From Cyclobacteriaceae bacterium (lineage in GTDB: Bacteria; Bacteroidota; Bacteroidia; Cytophagales; Cyclobacteriaceae), in contig JABFRS010000001.1 in assembly GCA_013141055.1 (NCBI GenBank), positions 2,967,319-3,031,318 of the forward strand: a stretch of DNA of 64,000 nucleotides. The letters are read 5' to 3'. The notes beneath the pieces were generated by a model, which did not search any database, was not told the origin of the DNA, and was given only the letters and a program-made list of their open reading frames with translations. Both the position numbers and the translations under genes were made by a program. Of this stretch, positions 1 to 7,038 are shown in pieces. How positions within the stretch are numbered: position 1 is the first letter of the stretch; every line of letters starts with the position of its first letter.

Positions 1-144
1 TCCGCTTCGAACCGCTTCCTCCCACTGATATGGTTTGCTTATCTTATATGACCAGTTGGTTTCAATGAATCTAAACACCAGAAAGAGGAAAAAGATGATT
101 AGAATTCCGTTGGTAAGCTGAAGAAGGCTAAAGGCCAAAAGCAT
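1..144 (-). CDS. Partial CDS running off the window start; N-terminally membrane-anchored hypothetical protein
   Basis: Not in the ORF track. ATG at 144 on the minus strand opens a frame that stays open to base 1: MLLAFSLLQLTNGILIIFFLFLVFRFIETNWSYKISKPYQWEEAVRSG, with a hydrophobic N-terminal helix. Confidence 0.6.
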   Translation of the reverse strand, partial: MLLAFSLLQLTNGILIIFFLFLVFRFIETNWSYKISKPYQWEEAVRSG

Positions 145-220
145 GAGAAGAGGTTTTGCTGTAAAGGTAGCAATGATTCATACTTGCATGGAATACTTTC
201 TTCAATATGAACTTACTGGT

Positions 221-730
221 TTAAATGATGCTGATCTCAAAGAGACTGAGACTTGCATTTTGATAATGCTTCGGAAGATCTTCAGTAATCCCCATTTGAG
301 TGATTCCTAGAAATTTGAAGCCACATTGAGTATAGTAGTCGATAAGCTTTTGATTATCTCCCCAGGTATCCATCCGGATGAATTCTTTTCCGTTCTCTCT
401 ACAGAATATCCTGGCCCAGGCAATAATGTCTTTGACAAAATACTGACCCCGGAAAGATGGATTAGTTACGATTCTATGAATATAAACTGATGGATCTTTG
501 TCCTTCTCTTTCCATATCATCGGATCATTGTGAGTTATTGCAAAAATGCATGCAACCTCATCATTTATTATTATTTTCCACTGCCGATTTTCAAGGATTT
601 CTTTTTCCACCATTCTACGATCGAAAGGAAGCCAATGCTTATTGAATACTTTCTTTTGATGCTCAATCGCTGCAGTATATAAATCAAAAATTGTGTCGAT
701 ATCCTGAAGAGTACTGTTCTTTATCTGCAT
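221..730 (-). CDS. GNAT family N-acetyltransferase
   Basis: 169 aa; acetyl-CoA-binding segment YIHRIVTNPSFRGQ and C-terminal LIDYYTQCGF. Confidence 0.85.
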   Translation of the reverse strand: MQIKNSTLQDIDTIFDLYTAAIEHQKKVFNKHWLPFDRRMVEKEILENRQWKIIINDEVACIFAITHNDPMIWKEKDKDPSVYIHRIVTNPSFRGQYFVKDIIAWARIFCRENGKEFIRMDTWGDNQKLIDYYTQCGFKFLGITQMGITEDLPKHYQNASLSLFEISII

Positions 731-800
731 GAAGAATTTGTTTTTGCAGTAAGTTACTGATCGGATTTAATATTTCTTTTTCTCAGTATCCTTTTTCAGA

Positions 801-2267
801 CTAAGCAACAGCAAAACACTCTAAGACTTTTTTGACTGTGTCGGTATTATCAGCCATGATTAGCAAGTGGTCCATCGGTTGAATAATGGTATCACCATCA
901 GCGGTGAGATATTTGTCCTCGCGATGAATGAGAACAATGAGTGCGGTCTTGGGAAGTTTTAGTTGTACGACAGCCTTGCCAACAGCTGGTGAATCTTCAG
1001 GAATGTCCAGCTCAATAAGCTCCGAACGTGAATCATCCTTTAACTCAATATCCAACGGAAATTTTCTTTTCAACTTTGGAGGTACGCTCACATGAAGCCA
1101 TTTTGCCATAAGAGGCAAAGTAGTCCCCTGCAGAAGCACCGAGGAAAGAGAAATGAAAAAGACAAGATTGAAGATCATGTCTGCATAATGAATATGTGCG
1201 AGCAGGGGATAAGTTGCAAATACGATAGGGGCAGCCCCCCTTAATCCTACCCACGAAATGAAAAGTTTTTTCCTGAAGTTCAGATCATGAGCAAAGGATA
1301 ATGCTATAAAGACTGACAGCGGTCTGGCGACCAAAATAAGAAAGAGAGAGATCAGTAAGCCCTGTGGAATAATTGGAACGATCTGCAATGGAAATACAAG
1401 TAGACCCAGCGTAAGGAACATAACGATTTGCATAAGCCAGGCTTGCCCATCATAAAACTTCATCATACTTTTTTTATGAATAAAGTTGCTGTTCCCAAGA
1501 ATGATCGCTGAGATGTAAACAGCAAGGAATCCATTTCCCCCAATAGTATCTGTAAATGAGAATGTGAAGAATACAAGAGAAAGAATTAATACAGGATAAA
1601 GGCCGACAATATCAAGTTTGATCTTGTTAACAACCCAGATCATAACTCTTCCGAAAAAGTATCCGCTGGCAGCACCTAGTATCATCCCTGTAAAGAATTT
1701 TGGAATCAGACTTACAATGGATGCATCCTGCTCCTGGACGAGATAAATGAAGCTGATGGTAAGAAAATAAGCCATTGCGTCATTGCTTCCACTTTCAAAT
1801 TCGAGCAAGGGTCGTATGGTCCCTTTTAATCCAATACTTCGTGATCTTAGAATGGAAAAAACTGCCGCGGCATCTGTCGAGGATACAATGGCACCAAGAA
1901 GAAGACCCTCCGGAACTGTAAAGTTTAACAAGTACGAACAAAATAGACCGACCGAGACGGTCGTAATAAAAACTCCGATGGTGGATAATGAAATTCCATT
2001 TCGTAAGACGGGCTTTACACTTTCCCACTTAGTATCAAGTCCGCCGGAAAAGAGAATGAAAGTAAGTGCTACAACCCCAAGGAATTGAGCAATTTTCGGA
2101 TCATTAAAATAAATTCCTCCGGGACCATCCGATCCGGCCAGCATTCCTACTATGAGAAAAAGAATAAGTGTTGGTATTCCAAATTTGAATGACGTCTTGC
2201 TTGCAATAACACTGATGAACAAGAGGACAGATCCAAAGAGTAATACATTTTCAACAGATAATTTCAT
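801..2267 (-). CDS. cvrA: Potassium/proton antiporter (CPA1, CvrA/NhaP2 type) with C-terminal TrkA-C (RCK_C) domain
   Basis: 488 aa, many TM helices; motifs LFSGGLDT, SSTDAAAVFSILR, LEFESGSND, WVGLRGAAPIV; soluble C-terminal RCK_C-like tail. Confidence 0.9.
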   Translation of the reverse strand: MKLSVENVLLFGSVLLFISVIASKTSFKFGIPTLILFLIVGMLAGSDGPGGIYFNDPKIAQFLGVVALTFILFSGGLDTKWESVKPVLRNGISLSTIGVFITTVSVGLFCSYLLNFTVPEGLLLGAIVSSTDAAAVFSILRSRSIGLKGTIRPLLEFESGSNDAMAYFLTISFIYLVQEQDASIVSLIPKFFTGMILGAASGYFFGRVMIWVVNKIKLDIVGLYPVLILSLVFFTFSFTDTIGGNGFLAVYISAIILGNSNFIHKKSMMKFYDGQAWLMQIVMFLTLGLLVFPLQIVPIIPQGLLISLFLILVARPLSVFIALSFAHDLNFRKKLFISWVGLRGAAPIVFATYPLLAHIHYADMIFNLVFFISLSSVLLQGTTLPLMAKWLHVSVPPKLKRKFPLDIELKDDSRSELIELDIPEDSPAVGKAVVQLKLPKTALIVLIHREDKYLTADGDTIIQPMDHLLIMADNTDTVKKVLECFAVA

Positions 2268-2284
2268 TGAGTTCTTTAAAATTT

Positions 2285-2315
2285 AAAAAAAGCAGGCGAG
2301 ACATAATCCCGCCTG
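2285..2315 (-). terminator. Rho-independent terminator between the 30-aa ORF and the antiporter
   Basis: Minus strand CAGGCGGGA-TTATG-TCTCGCCTG (9-bp stem, one G-U) followed by C and a run of 7 T. Confidence 0.75.
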
Positions 2316-2330
2316 AGAATATAGTCATTT

Positions 2331-2423
2331 TTATCGTGACATGGCGATGTAGAGCAGTACCGTCATTCCAAGAATTGCTATTACGAACCAAAGTCTTTTG
2401 ATTAAATCAATGATGTTCTTCAT
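2331..2423 (-). CDS. Small single-TM protein, 30 aa (not in ORF track)
   Basis: ATG 2423 to TAA 2331: MKNIIDLIKRLWFVIAILGMTVLLYIAMSR; AT-rich initiation region (CATAATTCAACTTTT-ATG); followed by a terminator. Confidence 0.65.
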   Translation of the reverse strand: MKNIIDLIKRLWFVIAILGMTVLLYIAMSR

Positions 2424-2555
2424 AAAAGTTGAATTATGAGTTACGAAGACTGAAATAGGATGATGTTTTATGACACCCTTAAGTCAGAAGTCCTTTCGTA
2501 ACCCGGATTAGAAATAAATTAGAAAATTGTACTCCGTAAATTTTGCACGAAAACG

Positions 2556-2906
2556 CTAAGGTGCGTTGATGTTCACCACTGTATAAAACGTGTGGTGGAG
2601 GAAGCGTGAGACATTCAATCCGTCATTAGTGAATAACGCAGCGCTAAAAGCATCGAAGGTTGAGAGTTCGTTAGCTTTTGGAACAAAGGAGACTTTGGAG
2701 AGTTCAGTTAGGGAAATTGAATGATCACTCAATTCGATGAATTGAATTGGATTTCCGCACTCGGTGTATTGAATTTGTGTGGAATAATTAATTGAATTGC
2801 CCGGTGCTGCTGCAGCGTTTGTCGCATAGAATCCAATAAAAGAAATGGCCATTGTTGCAAAGAGAATGGCTGTGACTTTTCTAATATGATGGAAGGGAAT
2901 GGTCAA
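2556..2906 (-). CDS. Hypothetical exported protein
   Basis: 116 aa, TTG start; signal-peptide-like N-terminus (KVTAILFATMAISFIGFYATNAAAA); ends FYTVVNINAP. Confidence 0.6.
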   Translation of the reverse strand: MTIPFHHIRKVTAILFATMAISFIGFYATNAAAAPGNSINYSTQIQYTECGNPIQFIELSDHSISLTELSKVSFVPKANELSTFDAFSAALFTNDGLNVSRFLHHTFYTVVNINAP

Positions 2907-3023
2907 AATGAAGAAGATTATGATTAAATATAAATAAAAAAAGGCCTTTTGTAAAAGCTCATGCTGATCCTTAAGAATACGTTTAACTTGAATTAACTTT
3001 CGGAATCAAATAATCTTACAGCT

Positions 3024-3653
3024 GTGCAGGATATCACTACCATTACCCAATACTTCCCATATCTTACAGAACAACAACGTAATCAATTTGAAAAACTGGG
3101 ACCTCTGTATAAGGAATGGAATGAAAAAATTAATGTCATATCCCGGAAGGACATTGAAAACCTGTATGTAAATCATGTACTGCACTCATTAGGGATTGCA
3201 AAAGTGATTTCCTTTTTACCGGAAGCAAATGTTCTTGATGTCGGAACAGGTGGCGGATTTCCAGGCATACCACTAGCAATTCTTTTCCCACATACACAGT
3301 TTCATCTGGTCGATTCTATCGGGAAAAAAATAACGGTTGTAAAAGAAGTTGCTCAGGGATTAGGCCTGACAAATGTTATCGCAGAACAGAATCGCGCAGA
3401 GCAACTCAAGTTAAAGTATGATTTTATTGTGAGTCGTGCAGTGACCCAGATGCAGGAATTTTATGGTTGGGTCAATAACAAGATCAAACCGAAATCCCTT
3501 CATACAATTGATAATGGAATATTGTACTTAAAGGGTGGAGATCTTGATGAAGAGATGGATAAACTGAAGCGACCCTATAGTCTTTACGACCTTCCAACAT
3601 TCTTTAAGGAGGATTTTTTCGAGACTAAAAAGGTCGTTTACATGCCATTGTAG
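3024..3653 (+). CDS. rsmG: 16S rRNA (guanine(527)-N7)-methyltransferase RsmG/GidB
   Basis: EWNEKINVISR, HVLHSL, LDVGTGGGFPGIPLAI, VDSIGKK and SRAV motifs; GTG start. Confidence 0.95.
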   Translation: MQDITTITQYFPYLTEQQRNQFEKLGPLYKEWNEKINVISRKDIENLYVNHVLHSLGIAKVISFLPEANVLDVGTGGGFPGIPLAILFPHTQFHLVDSIGKKITVVKEVAQGLGLTNVIAEQNRAEQLKLKYDFIVSRAVTQMQEFYGWVNNKIKPKSLHTIDNGILYLKGGDLDEEMDKLKRPYSLYDLPTFFKEDFFETKKVVYMPL

Positions 3654-3730
3654 CCTTTTTTAGCTTTTAAACAGCATATTTTTAATCAACTTGTTGCATC
3701 AGCATTGAAATTTTCCTTATCCTTGCGGTG

Positions 3731-4264
3731 ATGAGAAAAGCAATTGCCCTCTTCTTTCTCTTTATTATCACGCTAAACATAGCGGGATATTACCTCGTTT
3801 TCGAGGGCTGGAAATATCATAACTCCATCAGCTCCGTTGACGATGAGAGATCCAATTCACAGGAACTAATCATCGAAATACCCATCAGTGTCCCATACGT
3901 TACTCAGGAGAAAGAATGGGAAAAGGCTGACGGCCAGTTTGAATATCAAGGTGAGCTGTACAAAATTGTTAAGCAGAAAATTGGTCTTGATGCCGTTTTG
4001 ATTGCCTGTGTCAAAGATCACGAAGGCAATAGGATTAATCAGCAACAGGAAGAACTTGCTCAGGCATTTTCAGATAAACCCGTAGATGCGAAACAGAATG
4101 TTAAGACAGTTCCGGGTTTCATTAAGGAATACATTTCAAATATTGTATCAGTTAAATCTTCTGTGGTTGGCTGGTCTTTAGAAGTTGCTTACATCTCAGC
4201 ACTTCAATCTCTCGTACCAACATTTTCTCCTTCGATCGTTCATCCTCCTGAACGCATCGCTTAA
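3731..4264 (+). CDS. Hypothetical signal-anchored protein ending in HPP; candidate regulatory upstream ORF
   Basis: N-terminal TM (AIALFFLFIITLNIAGYYLVF), single Cys (IACVKD), C-terminus PSIVHPPERIA. GTG at 3728 is an alternative start. Confidence 0.75.
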   Translation: MRKAIALFFLFIITLNIAGYYLVFEGWKYHNSISSVDDERSNSQELIIEIPISVPYVTQEKEWEKADGQFEYQGELYKIVKQKIGLDAVLIACVKDHEGNRINQQQEELAQAFSDKPVDAKQNVKTVPGFIKEYISNIVSVKSSVVGWSLEVAYISALQSLVPTFSPSIVHPPERIA

Positions 4265-4418
4265 TCGAACATCAGCTTCTTAATTGGTTTTCCTGGTTGA
4301 CAGGGAAATGTATTAAGTCCTCCTGAATGTTCTGGACAACTTTTGTTGTCACCTCTGATCATCAATGCATAATTCAATTGATCGATCGGAATTCCCCGAA
4401 ACCCATTTTTTAACACAT

Positions 4419-5348
4419 ATGAAGAGAGTCTACGTAATTATTTTTTCACTTTTTGCGGTCGGTGCACAAGCACAATCGCTAACCGATGGCTTGCTGATGC
4501 CAAAGGGTGCCTTTTGCACAGGATTTCTATACACCCATGACCAGTGGAAAGACTATTGGGAAGGTGGATTGAAGCGTGATAACGCAAACATCGGAACGAT
4601 CACAACGCAGAGTATTACCTGGATGGGTAACTATGGTGTGACTGAAAAGATGAACATCATTGCGATGGTGCCATTTGTGAAAACACATGCAAGCCAGGGT
4701 ACATTGACAGATATGCAAGGGATTCAGGATTTATCATTGTCCGTGAAGTACAGGTTTTTTGCAAAAGATTTTGCATCCAGCGGATTTCGTGCTTTTGCAG
4801 TAGGAACAGCATCAACGCCACTGACAAACTATACACCGGATCTTTTACCGCTTTCAATAGGAATGGCAAGCACAAATTTCACGGCGCGTGTTACTGGTAA
4901 CTACCATCTTAACAGTGGATGGTATATCAATGCAAGCACAGGTTATACTCTTAGAAGCAACGTTAAGCTTGACAGACCATCCTACTACAGCGATGGCCAG
5001 TTGTATTTTACTGATCAGGTAAAAATGAACGATGTGTACGACTTCACAACTATGCTGGGTTACTATAAAAATGGTATCCAGGCGGAAGCTTTCTATTCAC
5101 AGCAAAATACTTTGGGTGGTGGTGACATCCGTCGTCAGGATATGCCTTTCGTTTCGAATAGAATGAACTATTCAAAAGTTGGTGCATTGCTGATGTACTA
5201 TCTTCCAAAACCTAAGAATCTTGCCGTACGTGCCTCTTTCAGCTATACAGTTGATGGCCGCAACGTTGGTCAGGCCACCACACTGATGGGCGGCTTGCTT
5301 TATACCTTTCATTTCTCTTCTAAAAACGAAACTGTTCCACAGCCATGA
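4419..5348 (+). CDS. Putative outer-membrane beta-barrel (transporter-like)
   Basis: Signal peptide MKRVYVIIFSLFAVGAQAQ, alternating amphipathic strands rich in Y/F/G. ATG 4419 preferred over 4365. Stop overlaps the next start (ATGA). Confidence 0.7.
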   Translation: MKRVYVIIFSLFAVGAQAQSLTDGLLMPKGAFCTGFLYTHDQWKDYWEGGLKRDNANIGTITTQSITWMGNYGVTEKMNIIAMVPFVKTHASQGTLTDMQGIQDLSLSVKYRFFAKDFASSGFRAFAVGTASTPLTNYTPDLLPLSIGMASTNFTARVTGNYHLNSGWYINASTGYTLRSNVKLDRPSYYSDGQLYFTDQVKMNDVYDFTTMLGYYKNGIQAEAFYSQQNTLGGGDIRRQDMPFVSNRMNYSKVGALLMYYLPKPKNLAVRASFSYTVDGRNVGQATTLMGGLLYTFHFSSKNETVPQP

Positions 5349-6913
5349 GATCAATTCATTTTTCAAAAATCGCAGTTCTTTTTTTCGCAGTTGTATTGCT
5401 GCCGATCAGCTGCAAGGACATTGACAACAGTGAGCATTTAGTAGCACAGGCTCCGCTTAGCATTGATGCAAATGCAGGAACATGGGCTCCTGTGTTTTTG
5501 AATCCAATCAATCAGATTGCTGTACCAGCACCGACACTTGTAGGATCAGCTGCTTATCTCGCTGAGCTTGCAACGATCAAAGATCTTCAGAGCAAACTGA
5601 CGCCAGCGCAAAAGAAATCTATTGAGTACTGGAGTGTAGGAGGAATTCTTCGTTGGAATCAAATCTTCCGTGCTTTAGTAGCACGTTACAACCTTCCTCC
5701 AGCACCAAATCCAGATGGAAGCTATCCTGGGCCTGATGCTGAGAATCCATTTGCTGATCCGGGATTTCCTTTTTCAAATCCTCCCTATGCCGCAAGAGCT
5801 TATAGCTACGCATCGGTAGCACAGTATGATGCGTTGAAAGCAGCATGGTATTATAAATATCAATATAACAGACCTGCACCTTACAATGTAGATCCGGCGA
5901 TCCAATCATTGATGCCAAAAACCGACCTGCCTTCATATCCATCAGAAGATGCAGTAATGTCAGGAGCAGCTGCAGATATTTTGAAATCATTATTTCCAGC
6001 TGCTATTGAAGAAATTACATTGAAAGCAGGCGAGCAACGTAGTGCTGCTCTTTGGGCTGGTAAAGCAACACCAAGCGATATTACCGCTGGACTTAACCTT
6101 GGAAAAGCAGTTGCCGCCGTATTCATTGCCCGCGCTGGTGGCGACGGAATGAGAAATGCAATTGGTTCGAAACCATTATGGGATGGCTTGAAAGCAAATG
6201 CTGAGAGCAGACAGGATGTTGCCTGGTTGAGCCAGGACTTGCCTCCTCGTCCTCCGATGCTTCCCTTCTTTGGTTTAAATGGAGTAAATGGAGCTTCGGT
6301 AAAATGCTGGAGCATGACAACTCAGAATATTATCGATGTTCGACCAGTTCCTCCACCAGTTGCAGGTTCCTCTGAAATGGCAAAGGAACTTGCTGAAGTA
6401 AAATTCTATGCTGATAATCTTGACAGAGGTAGACTTGCTATTGTACATAAGTGGGCTGACGGAGTTGGAACTTACTCTCCTCCAGGACACTGGAATGATA
6501 TTGCTGAGGAATACATCCGTGACGCGCGTTTTAGTGAGGTGAGAGCAGCTCGTGCCTTTGCATTGCTCAACATGTCAATGCATGACGCGGTTGTTGCTTG
6601 CTGGGACACAAAGTACTTTTATTTCAATGCAAGACCAGCACAATTGGATCCTACAATCAAGACCAGCACAGGTTTGCCAAACTTTCCATCATATGTTTCA
6701 GGACACTCAACATTTTCAGCTTCAGCGGCAACGGTGTTAAGTTATCTTTTCCCTGCAGGGGCAAAGGATTTTAATACCATGTCTGAAGAAGCTGCTATGT
6801 CAAGATTGTATAGCGCAATTCACTATCGTACGGATTGTGTAGCAGGAACTGAATTAGGAACTAAAGTTGCAGGGTTCACAGTTGCATTTGCTAACGGTGA
6901 CGGTGCTAATTAA
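5345..6913 (+). CDS. Lipoprotein of the vanadium-dependent haloperoxidase / PAP2 superfamily with tandem domains
   Basis: Lipobox LPIS-C. C-terminal domain has KYFYFNARP, FPSYVSGH and SRLYSAIHYRTD; N-terminal domain has degenerate copies of the same motifs. Confidence 0.85.
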   Translation: MRSIHFSKIAVLFFAVVLLPISCKDIDNSEHLVAQAPLSIDANAGTWAPVFLNPINQIAVPAPTLVGSAAYLAELATIKDLQSKLTPAQKKSIEYWSVGGILRWNQIFRALVARYNLPPAPNPDGSYPGPDAENPFADPGFPFSNPPYAARAYSYASVAQYDALKAAWYYKYQYNRPAPYNVDPAIQSLMPKTDLPSYPSEDAVMSGAAADILKSLFPAAIEEITLKAGEQRSAALWAGKATPSDITAGLNLGKAVAAVFIARAGGDGMRNAIGSKPLWDGLKANAESRQDVAWLSQDLPPRPPMLPFFGLNGVNGASVKCWSMTTQNIIDVRPVPPPVAGSSEMAKELAEVKFYADNLDRGRLAIVHKWADGVGTYSPPGHWNDIAEEYIRDARFSEVRAARAFALLNMSMHDAVVACWDTKYFYFNARPAQLDPTIKTSTGLPNFPSYVSGHSTFSASAATVLSYLFPAGAKDFNTMSEEAAMSRLYSAIHYRTDCVAGTELGTKVAGFTVAFANGDGAN

Positions 6914-6990
6914 GATAATAAAGATATCCTGACCGCTGGACACGGGCAGGTACATAATTAAATACAGATGTAGTTAATTATTAATTGGGT

Positions 6991-7024
6991 AAAGCGGAGG
7001 GAGGGGGCTCTCTCCGCTTTTTTT
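6991..7024 (+). terminator. Rho-independent terminator immediately upstream of the TonB receptor start
   Basis: AAAGCGGAGGGAG-GGGG-CTCTCTCCGCTTT followed by further T residues; ends 14 nt before ATG 7039. Confidence 0.8.
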
Positions 7025-7038
7025 AAAAGAAATTCTAA

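Noticed and set aside
2268-2555. c-di-AMP (ydaO) riboswitch upstream of the K+/H+ antiporter
   Set aside because: No recognisable ydaO consensus; much of the region is explained by a small ORF and a terminator.
4265-4418. Cobalamin riboswitch ahead of the barrel/TonB operon
   Set aside because: AGGGAA is present, but the following GGTG-AA-TCC and CCCCGC-ACTGT (B12 box) elements are not.
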